A DNA stretch of 28,739 bases from Candidatus Bathyarchaeota archaeon (GTDB lineage Archaea > Thermoproteota > Bathyarchaeia > Hecatellales > Hecatellaceae): assembly GCA_043811145.1 (NCBI GenBank), contig JBDRNN010000261.1, positions 1 to 28,739 of the forward strand, given 5' to 3'. The translations under genes and the position numbers were made by a program. How positions within the stretch are numbered: the stretch's first letter is position 1; the number at the start of each line of letters is the position of its first letter. A model generated the notes under the pieces. The model did no database searches. It was not told the DNA's origin and saw only the letters and a list, made by a program, of their open reading frames with translations. Positions 9,154 to 16,563 of the stretch are shown here, in pieces.

Positions 9154-9677
9154 TTACTCGTGTACGAAAGACACGGAAGAAAGATGAAGGCAGACACAAA
9201 GCCAAGAAGAAAAAGCTAGTTGACTAGCTTAATTTGGAGTCAAATTGTCCTTTCACTCGATATCATGATTTTATTTCATTTTTCTCGGCGATAGCGGCGA
9301 TTAGCCGCCTCAGCTCGGCGACCTGAAACATTTTCCCTGAGATTTGACTTTACCGAGTAAATTGGCGGAAACTATAAAAAGTTAAAATTTAACTTTTTTA
9401 CTGTTTTCCCTATTTTACCGAGTAATTTGTGAGTTAAGGAGAAATGTTTCACGAGTAGTTTTTAATAAAGAACGGAATGGGAAATAGCTTTAAATTCGAT
9501 AAGCCTGCATTGAAAAATGGCAAATATGAACAAACCCCCCCCCTCAAAATAAAAATTGGGGAAGATTTCAAGTGGTCTCCCTTTTCAAAAAATAAATACG
9601 GTGAGAAATTTTTAGATTTTAACTTTTAACCGTTTACTTCTTTCACTCGAGAATAATATTTCAAAGGGGGTTTTGTT
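9154..9677. repeat. Repeat-rich non-coding region
   Basis: TTTACCGAGTAA x2 (9349, 9414), CTTTCACTCGA x2 (9250, 9640), six ACTCG/CGAGT cores, a central palindrome at 9376-9398, and facing C9 (9535-9543) and G5 (9666-9670) tracts. Confidence 0.6.
9377..9428 (+). repeat. Conserved non-coding site, copy B
   Basis: Direct-orientation homologue of 5268-5319. Confidence 0.6.
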
Positions 9678-9781
9678 ACAAATTATAACGACATTGGAAG
9701 TTTGAGATTGGAAAAGAGTGGATATGTAAAAGTTAATCTGGGTTTCTATCTTAACCGTTTATGACAGGTTGTTTTTGTAAC

Positions 9782-10360
9782 ATGTTCGATGAAATCACGA
9801 TAATATTTCTTTCGTTATTTTTAATAATGGATGCATTTGGCAGTATGCCTATCTTTCTTTCTCTGACTACCGATGTTAAAACGAGGCGTAAACAAGCGTA
9901 TGTTACGAGCTACGCAGTCCTAGTTGCGGGGTTGGTATTATTTGTTTTTCTTTTCTTTGGCCAAGATATCTTAACTGTGTTTAAGATTCATCTTTCATCA
10001 CTCAAAATTGCGGGAGGTATGGTATTGGTGGCACTAGGCTTTGAGATAGTAGTTGGGATAGGTTTTATGCGTACAAGTTTTGGCTCATCGCCTGCAATAA
10101 CGCTGATAGGTACCCCGTTACTAACAGGACCAGGAGTAATCGCAACCACGATGATTTTCGTGCAGGAGTATGGATATTTGGTTACCGTTCTCGCCTCTCT
10201 TGCCGTTCTAGGTTCTAGCTGGGTTATTCTTTTTACCGCAAAATATCTGCGCCGTGTACTAGGCAAAAGTGGTTTGGATATTATTTCCAGAGTAATAGGT
10301 CTCCTACTGATTGCTATAGCGGTTGAACTCATCATCGATGGATTAAAGGCAGCCTTTTAA
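9782..10360 (+). CDS. MarC family membrane protein
   Basis: LFLIMDAFGSMPIFLSLT, LKIAGGMVL, GTPLLTGPGVIAT and IISRVIGLLLIAIAVELII. The ATG at 9782 is preferred over 9761. Confidence 0.93.
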   Translation: MFDEITIIFLSLFLIMDAFGSMPIFLSLTTDVKTRRKQAYVTSYAVLVAGLVLFVFLFFGQDILTVFKIHLSSLKIAGGMVLVALGFEIVVGIGFMRTSFGSSPAITLIGTPLLTGPGVIATTMIFVQEYGYLVTVLASLAVLGSSWVILFTAKYLRRVLGKSGLDIISRVIGLLLIAIAVELIIDGLKAAF

Positions 10361-10725
10361 GCAAACATTCGAAGAAATTAAAGCGCAGACTCAACTCATA
10401 GCCATTCAGAAGGTTACAAGGCTTTATTGATTATAAAGCAAAATGGGTTGGAGTCCCAACTGTTTACGTGAATGCTATGGACAGTTCAAGAACATGCTCA
10501 ATATGCGAGTTTAAAACAGACCTGGAAGAGCAGGAAAATCTCAACTGCCCCCAATGCGGCGTCACCATAAACAGACAAGTGAATGCCACTTTAAACCTCC
10601 TCAAAACTCAAGATGACACCCTAAGGTTCAGGGTGGATAGCCTCTCAAACGTAGAGATGCTCAGACCCTTAAACAAGGCTGAAATCCAAAAAGAGGAGGG
10701 AATTATTCAGCCATATGCCGAATAG
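10360..10725 (+). pseudogene. tnpB: IS200/IS605-family TnpB C-terminal remnant
   Basis: The frame extended upstream reads [42 protein letters not shown]...CPQCG...NRQVNATLNL. W is replaced by TAG at 10399-10401. The N-terminal part and tnpA are absent. Confidence 0.85.
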
Positions 10726-10750
10726 TTACCAAACAAAAAAATATACCTTT

Positions 10751-10766
10751 GTCCCCTCCGGGGGAC
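10751..10766. terminator. GC hairpin GTCCCC-TCCG-GGGGAC between convergent genes
   Basis: 6-bp perfect stem with T-tracts nearby on both strands. It could instead be the IS right-end hairpin. Confidence 0.4.
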
Positions 10767-10789
10767 TAGGCTTTTGAAAGTTTTCAGGG

Positions 10790-11815
10790 TTATGCGGAAT
10801 ATTGTACTGCGTCGCTTATGCTTACTGGCGATCCTGTCGAGTCAAGTCCGGTGACTGTTAGCGTGGCCGTGATGACGTCGCTGGTTGCCAGGTCCCAGAC
10901 AAGTTTGCCAGTCGCATCGAACTTGTTTATCTGGTTCACACCATAGTCAAGACGTTTAGCTGTGTCCACTGTGCTGCCGACGGTGTAGGTGTAGATCGTG
11001 TTGGTGCCATCCTGGGATAATGTGAATGATGTCAATGGGATGTATCCAACGCCGTGTAGGTAGACTGCGGATTCAGATGCCACCAGTTTCGTTTTGTCGG
11101 TTGAGTTGTATTTCAGCTCGTACTGGTAGAGCAGATGGCTGCGTTTGGTGGTGGTGAAGTTCAGATCCCATCCGGCAAATTTTGTGACTTTGGCTGTGCC
11201 GACGCTTGCTACATCATCCGGACTGGTTTTGAATGCGATTGCCTCATAGGTTCTCAGGAAGCCTTGTATGTTGACTGTTGGGTTTCCAGCCTCAGTGACA
11301 TACTTATCACCGATATAGACGGGTACTACGTAGTCTTTGATCTGATCATTTGTTACATCTTTGAATTCCCAGTCGTCGATGCGGGTGGTTACCTGGTTCA
11401 TTTTTTCAAGGTCCCAGTAGTATGTTTGTCCAGATTTGGGTGGTACGGTGAGGACGGCGTAAACGTAGCCTCCGTCTTGTTCGGTTACTTCCGCATCTGT
11501 CACGTCTCCGCTGCCTAACAGAACCCAGTTGCCGCCACGGTAGGCGTACCAGTAGAAGTCATAGTTGGTTCCTGATGTCAGTGCGGAGAGATCGAATGCG
11601 TCGTAACATGCTTCGTTGAGGTTGATTTCGCCGACGTAGAATGTTTCACCTGTAGTTGTTGTTCCTGTTTGTCCGGTGCCTGTGCCTGTTCCTGTTTGTG
11701 ATGTTTGCTGTGCTGGCCCGAAGGACAGATTGCCTGTTACGGCTGTAAAACCTAGCGATGCGATGATGACGAGTAGAAGAGCTCCGAGTACTGTGTTTTT
11801 AGTTCCTGCTTTCAT
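10790..11815 (-). CDS. Hypothetical N-terminally anchored/secreted protein with Thr-Gly linker and beta-rich ectodomain
   Basis: N-terminal TM, QTGTGTGTGQTGTTTTG linker and acidic/Thr/Tyr-rich body. Intact ORF in the GC-richer part of the island. Confidence 0.8.
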   Translation of the reverse strand: MKAGTKNTVLGALLLVIIASLGFTAVTGNLSFGPAQQTSQTGTGTGTGQTGTTTTGETFYVGEINLNEACYDAFDLSALTSGTNYDFYWYAYRGGNWVLLGSGDVTDAEVTEQDGGYVYAVLTVPPKSGQTYYWDLEKMNQVTTRIDDWEFKDVTNDQIKDYVVPVYIGDKYVTEAGNPTVNIQGFLRTYEAIAFKTSPDDVASVGTAKVTKFAGWDLNFTTTKRSHLLYQYELKYNSTDKTKLVASESAVYLHGVGYIPLTSFTLSQDGTNTIYTYTVGSTVDTAKRLDYGVNQINKFDATGKLVWDLATSDVITATLTVTGLDSTGSPVSISDAVQYSA

Positions 11816-11842
11816 GATGATATCCTTCTAATATAAAAATGG

Positions 11843-12145
11843 TTACTTTTTCCTTGCGTAGTAGGCTCCTCCACCAGCCAGTGCGATGCCGAATGCGATG
11901 AAGACTGCCTGAATTGGGCTTATGGGAATTGGGTTTGCTCCTGTGTCAACGAACAGTGACATCAAAGTGAAGCTGTCGCCGAAGACCGTGTTGATCTTCC
12001 CGATGACGTGGAAGTTTCCTTCAGCTGGAAACGTGTACTGTACACTCCATAATGTGTCCGCTGTCGTCTCCGCCAAAGTTGGTGTTGCTATGATGCGCCA
12101 TTCAGGGATGACTCCACCGTAGAGCTGTTTGACGGTGACCTGAAC
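11843..12145 (-). pseudogene. 5'-truncated C-terminal fragment of a paralogue of the 4143-5015 protein
   Basis: Open frame from 12145 without a good start. 13/36 ungapped identity to the 4143 protein, plus the same Pro-TM-RKK tail. Confidence 0.75.
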
Positions 12146-12386
12146 TCAAGGTCTCTTGTCGTCTGATCCAATTTTGAAGTGTATCTATGTGCTTGTAGAG
12201 TTCTTTTCCTTTCAACTGTTCGAATTCTTCAAGAACATCTTCGGGTGAACGACCCAGTCGTGTGAAATAGTTGTATGCGAAAACTGATGCAAAATACTTG
12301 TTTCCGAGGGAATCCAGCCATTTGGATATGGACGGGTGGGATGCTATCCATGGTTTCACGTTTGAGTTGCGGGTGTCAAGGACCAA
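12102..12386 (-). pseudogene. Probable N-terminal (core-binding) fragment of a tyrosine recombinase/integrase
   Basis: SISKWLDSL...YFTRLGRSPEDVLEE...HIDTLQNW resembles N-termini of archaeal site-specific integrases. It starts 47 bp inside the att repeat, behind a TATA-like TTTTATAAG. No catalytic domain is present. Confidence 0.5.
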
Positions 12387-12410
12387 GGTGAAACTAATTT
12401 CCGCAGCTGG

Positions 12411-12428
12411 AACTTATAAAACATTGTG
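12411..12428 (-). repeat. Internal inverted arm (pairs with 3980-3997)
   Basis: TAAAACATTGTG at 12417-12428 is the exact reverse complement of 3980-3991. Confidence 0.85.
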
Positions 12429-12432
12429 CCAA

Positions 12433-12459
12433 TTCAATATTTTGGGTAGAAAACATTTA
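12433..12459 (+). repeat. att-like direct repeat, right copy: TTCAATATTTTGGGTAGaaAACATTTA
   Basis: Overlaps the last codons and TGA stop of the 12434-13993 gene and has an 11-6-11 imperfect inverted architecture. Confidence 0.9.
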
Positions 12460-13993
12460 TGATGAACCTATAGGCCTTTGTGATCCATCCTAAAACTATC
12501 AGACCTATGTTAAAAACAATGGCTGCTGCGGGGAATCCAAGTTCATCCTCTATCCACTTGTCAAATCTAAGCCTTGTTCTAACAGAGACTGTTTTGCTAG
12601 GGTTGAAACTGTTTTTTTTGTCGATGCTCATCTTAACAAGCTTCATGAACTCGACAGCCGGTTGTCCTTTACCTAACCTCATAAAGAAATAGTTCCATAA
12701 ACCTGCTCCGTAGGGCTTCCCGTTACATTTGATTCCCAAGTTAACAATATCTTTAGATAGAGGGTAAGAAAGTATAAACTGAAATTTTCTCTTCTCGCTT
12801 AAAAAAAAGGACGGCATCATAACCATGGAGTTATGGGCGGCTACAAAACCCTTTACTGCAACATGTGCACGATAAAGCCGAGAATATCTATGGCATTTTT
12901 TTATGAAAAACTCTATTTTATTTAGAGGTATAATTACCTCTTCACCGAGAAATGAAGGTCCTAACCTCTTAACCCGAAGAGGCATAAATCTTCCTTCCCA
13001 AAGACCTTCTCCTGCTGAAGGCAAGAATGCAGCTTTACCTTCTTCAATTAGATTAGCGCAAAGATCGTGGAAAGTTTGAGATCCCCTCTCAACTTCCAAG
13101 TTTTCTCCTTCAAAAATAATTAAAAGGAGGGCGTCAGCCTCAGGTAGCTTTAGTTTTAGTTTCTTGCTCATCTCAAGGCAGCCTTGATCCAGAAACTCTA
13201 CATGGAAAGGTTTGATGTTGGAATGCAGTAGATTTATTAGGAGAGTTTGAGCGTCTGCTAAACTTTTGAAACTGTAGGCTAAAGGAAGAATCCTGTCATG
13301 TTTTGGATAAACTTTAATGACAGCCTCTGTAACTGTTCCTAAAGTTCCTTCAGCTCCTATGTATAGCCAGTTTAGGTTATATCCTGATGCGAAAAGTATC
13401 TGATTATTATTTGTTGTATTGATAATTTCACCTGTAGGAGTTACAACCTTTAAACTGGTCACTTGCTCTCCAACTGAACCGTATTTTAAGCTACCAATAC
13501 CTAAGCCTCCAGTTGATATCCATCCACCTACAGTTGCTGAAGGGGCGCTACTAGGATATGCGCCTAACATATAGCCTCTCGTATTAAGGTAGTCTTGAAG
13601 GTCCTTCCATCGCACTCCAGCTTGAACCTTCACTACCATCTCGTTCTTGTCAAAGTCTAAAATCTCGTTCATACCTGTCAAGTCAAGTAAGAGACCACCC
13701 CTACCTGGAACCGCCCCCCCGAAAGATGCGGTAGATGCTCCTCTGGGTGTAATAGGAATTCCAACTATATGCGCCCGACGAACAACTTCTGATACTTCGC
13801 TTGCAGTGTTAGGCCTGAATATTATGTCAGGGATCATTCGGAAAAATATTCTAATAACAGTAGTTCTAACTGGGCCTATAACTGGCGCTAAATCATGACT
13901 ATAAGCAATTCTTTCAAGTGTATCAGTTGTAACCTTCTCAGCTCCAAAATCTTTCAATAAACCCTCATAAAGTTCTAGCCAGTTTGTTCTCAA
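12434..13993 (-). CDS. FAD-binding oxidoreductase (GlcD/D-lactate dehydrogenase, VAO/PCMH-type fold)
   Basis: PITPRGASTASFGG, VQAGVRW, YPSSAPSATVGGWISTGGLG, IGAEGTLG and DKKNSFNPSK. Confidence 0.9.
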   Translation of the reverse strand: MRTNWLELYEGLLKDFGAEKVTTDTLERIAYSHDLAPVIGPVRTTVIRIFFRMIPDIIFRPNTASEVSEVVRRAHIVGIPITPRGASTASFGGAVPGRGGLLLDLTGMNEILDFDKNEMVVKVQAGVRWKDLQDYLNTRGYMLGAYPSSAPSATVGGWISTGGLGIGSLKYGSVGEQVTSLKVVTPTGEIINTTNNNQILFASGYNLNWLYIGAEGTLGTVTEAVIKVYPKHDRILPLAYSFKSLADAQTLLINLLHSNIKPFHVEFLDQGCLEMSKKLKLKLPEADALLLIIFEGENLEVERGSQTFHDLCANLIEEGKAAFLPSAGEGLWEGRFMPLRVKRLGPSFLGEEVIIPLNKIEFFIKKCHRYSRLYRAHVAVKGFVAAHNSMVMMPSFFLSEKRKFQFILSYPLSKDIVNLGIKCNGKPYGAGLWNYFFMRLGKGQPAVEFMKLVKMSIDKKNSFNPSKTVSVRTRLRFDKWIEDELGFPAAAIVFNIGLIVLGWITKAYRFIINVFYPKY

Positions 13994-14004
13994 GATTCGG
14001 TCAC

Positions 14005-15456
14005 CTAGATTCCCATCCTAAGCCTTTCCTGACTGAAGAGTTTTCGAGGATTTAGTATCCCATGGGGGTCGACTCGTTCCTTTATCGAACGCATTATTCT
14101 GGTCTGTGAAGGAAACACTTGTTCTAACAACCCGATGTTTACTAAGCCAATTCCATAGGGAAATGCTCCTAGTCCGCTTAACTCGATCCTGAGCCTTGAT
14201 GATAGACCATTGAATGCTTTCATTGAAACCTCGTCGGATCTATTCACCTTCGTTGAAAAACAAAACAGATTTTCGGCGTTTGATATTGAGCATACCATGG
14301 AAGCGATATTCAGAGAGGTATCTTTGCATATGTTGGCTTTTATGGCAATTGCCTCTGAGATTTTGTTATTAGGCGTTTTTATCTCTTCAACGATGGAGTG
14401 GTTCGATTCCTGTTGAGTGAAATTTGATCCCACGGATAGGATCTTCCAAGCCACTTCAGCCAAGTGAGGTTCTAACTTCTCTCCTTTTTTAGTAAGCATC
14501 GAATCATAAAATTCGGCTCTATTTTTATTTAACTCAGAGTCATCCTCATCAATTACAACAAGCAAATAATAAGACTGTGCAGAGAACAATTCTGCAGCTT
14601 GAAGCTGTTTCAGATATGCATCGTCAAAGATAGAGACAAAGTAGGGAAGTCTTCGACTCGACATAACTTCAGTATAAGCCTCTGAAGCATCTAATTCACT
14701 CTGATAGCGATATAGAACATATGTGGGAGATGCGTGTATGAGTTTTATGGCAAGAGTGATCTGGGTTATTACTCCCAAAGTGCCCTCCGATCCTAAGAGA
14801 AGCTCTTTGAGGTTGTACCCAGAGCCATAAGTTGAAACTTTTCCTCCACCAGTGCTAATTATGGGATCCTTTTCGGTTTGATAATAATAGGAAACTTTAG
14901 GATGAACAAAAAGGTAGTTGTAAATGCGATTTATGTCAATATACGGGCAAACAAAATTCATATGAAGAATCTCAGAGGCTACTGATCCGTGTTTTAGGGT
15001 GCCAATACCTAAACCTCCTTCTGCAACAAAACCTCCGATAGTGGCGTTTATGCCTTTCAAAGGAAGAATTCGAACTTTATATCCTTCTTCTGTTAAAACA
15101 CGAGTTAGTTCAGCATAAGTGGTTCCGGGTAAAACCGAAACCGTTAAGTTATCATGATCAATCTCCTTAACACCGGATAAATTGCTTGTGTCGAGAGTTA
15201 TTCCTCCCTCCACAGGAATGGCCTGACCTCTCATACTCGTAAGATTTCCAATTGGAGTTACTGGAATTTTGTTGTCTAGGCAATATTCCAGTATTTTTAA
15301 AACTTCTTTGCTGGTGAAGGGTTTTACGTTAATTATATCGTGCTTACTCGTCTCCAGGATATATTGTGGGGGATAGCTTAACCTTGAAATATCAAACTTT
15401 TCGACAGCATCATTCCCAGATAAAGATGCAAGCTGGTTAGCTATCCAGGTTACCAA
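14005..15456 (-). CDS. FAD-binding oxidoreductase (second, divergent paralogue)
   Basis: PVTPIG, ATIGGFVAEGGLG, LLLGSEGTLGVIT and KERVDPHGILNPRK. Confidence 0.88.
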   Translation of the reverse strand: MVTWIANQLASLSGNDAVEKFDISRLSYPPQYILETSKHDIINVKPFTSKEVLKILEYCLDNKIPVTPIGNLTSMRGQAIPVEGGITLDTSNLSGVKEIDHDNLTVSVLPGTTYAELTRVLTEEGYKVRILPLKGINATIGGFVAEGGLGIGTLKHGSVASEILHMNFVCPYIDINRIYNYLFVHPKVSYYYQTEKDPIISTGGGKVSTYGSGYNLKELLLGSEGTLGVITQITLAIKLIHASPTYVLYRYQSELDASEAYTEVMSSRRLPYFVSIFDDAYLKQLQAAELFSAQSYYLLVVIDEDDSELNKNRAEFYDSMLTKKGEKLEPHLAEVAWKILSVGSNFTQQESNHSIVEEIKTPNNKISEAIAIKANICKDTSLNIASMVCSISNAENLFCFSTKVNRSDEVSMKAFNGLSSRLRIELSGLGAFPYGIGLVNIGLLEQVFPSQTRIMRSIKERVDPHGILNPRKLFSQERLRMGI

Positions 15457-15528
15457 GTTTATCAGCTCCTAAAGTGGATGTGGAAATTTCTTCCGGTTTT
15501 CTTGTAAGGGACAATTAACATTAACACC

Positions 15529-16500
15529 TTAGATTGGCAGTAGTGCACCGTATATAGTAGCCATGATGAACCCTGCCAGTGCAAGGGAGAATACAAGTAT
15601 CCAGTATTTCCTTTTACTTGGATGTCTTTCTTTCCCTCTATCCAAAAAGGGAAGAAGTCCAAGTATTACTATGATTCCTATCAGGATTAAAGAATTGAAG
15701 CCTGCAAAAGTGGGCATTAAACGCTGAAATACAAAAAGCCATAAAAGCCACCAATGGGGTTTAACCATTTCGACGGTGCTACCTAGAAGTATCTTATCGC
15801 CTAATGGAAGTGGAAAAACAGCAGACAGAACAACCAGCACGACTAAAACAATCATTATAGTTACCAAACGGTTTATGAGGTAGTTTGGAAAGTAAGGTAT
15901 TTCTCTTTCATAGGTAGGTTTCTCTCCTCCATTGCTTAACTGGAGTATAGGCCCAGATAACCCGTATTTTCTAATTTGATAGATGTGAGCAATCAATAGC
16001 AAGCCTAGAGCCAGGGGTAGGAAGAAGAAGTGAGCAAATACCGACTGTATAATAATATCTCCGGTTAGAAAAACTCCAAAAATATCAGCAATGAAATAGG
16101 TAGCTCCATAACCTTCAACATCCAAACTTAGAGGCGAACCAGTTAAGGCTAGAGAAAAAACAATTAAGAGAAGACCTACACCGCTCAACCAAGTAAATTC
16201 CCTTGGATGCTTATAGGTACCTACGAGAAAACCTCTAGCTAAGTGTAATATGAGGACGATAATTACTGCATGAGTTGACCATAAATGTAGGCTTCTAAAA
16301 AACTCACCTAAAAAAAACTGGCTTGAGATAGAAGCTACACTTTCATATGCAAGATTAGTATCGGGCACGTAAAATATGGCTAAAACTATCCCTGTAATTA
16401 AAAGAACAGCTAAGCAGGTGAGGGTTATGCCTCCTAAGAAATAAGTAAAATTAACCGTGTGCTTCGACACAGTTCTTTTGTGCAAGCCGTAAGCAACCAA
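15529..16500 (-). CDS. Cytochrome b (b/b6 N-terminal plus subunit-IV-like C-terminal, single polypeptide)
   Basis: YFLGGITL, RSLHLWSTH...LHLARG and HFFFLP...AHIYQIR (four heme His), REFTWLSG and PYFPNY. KPHWW sits at the PEWY position. Confidence 0.9.
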   Translation of the reverse strand: MVAYGLHKRTVSKHTVNFTYFLGGITLTCLAVLLITGIVLAIFYVPDTNLAYESVASISSQFFLGEFFRSLHLWSTHAVIIVLILHLARGFLVGTYKHPREFTWLSGVGLLLIVFSLALTGSPLSLDVEGYGATYFIADIFGVFLTGDIIIQSVFAHFFFLPLALGLLLIAHIYQIRKYGLSGPILQLSNGGEKPTYEREIPYFPNYLINRLVTIMIVLVVLVVLSAVFPLPLGDKILLGSTVEMVKPHWWLLWLFVFQRLMPTFAGFNSLILIGIIVILGLLPFLDRGKERHPSKRKYWILVFSLALAGFIMATIYGALLPI

Positions 16501-16563
16501 TAGTTCAACCTCACAAGTGAAACTTCATAACGAAATAAACCTCTTAAATCTTTTACGCCAATC

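Larger units (their letters stand above)
3948..12459. mobile_element. Degenerate site-specifically integrated element / genomic island (~8.5 kb)
   Basis: Flanking direct repeats (25/27 identical), internal 12-bp inverted arms, an adjacent integrase-like remnant, pseudogenes and mosaic GC. It interrupts a co-oriented respiratory cluster. Confidence 0.85.

Noticed and set aside
9263-9331. 22-codon ORF MFQVAELRRLIAAIAEKNEIKS (minus strand)
   Set aside because: Too short to support. It may be a gene-end remnant, but there is no homology evidence.
9154-9677. CRISPR array or chromosomal oriC call
   Set aside because: The repeats are short, irregularly spaced and in both orientations. There are no cas or cdc6 genes in the window. 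Kept only as a candidate repeat field.
7365-10401. Two in-frame TAG codons at Trp positions (LTD and TnpB remnants) suggesting amber recoding
   Set aside because: TGG to TAG is a single common transition, both genes are otherwise truncated, and TAG ends intact genes here (e.g. 9075, 23149)
10360-10725. Active IS200/IS605 element or Cas12-like effector
   Set aside because: 5'-truncated, with an internal stop, an altered catalytic motif, no tnpA and no array
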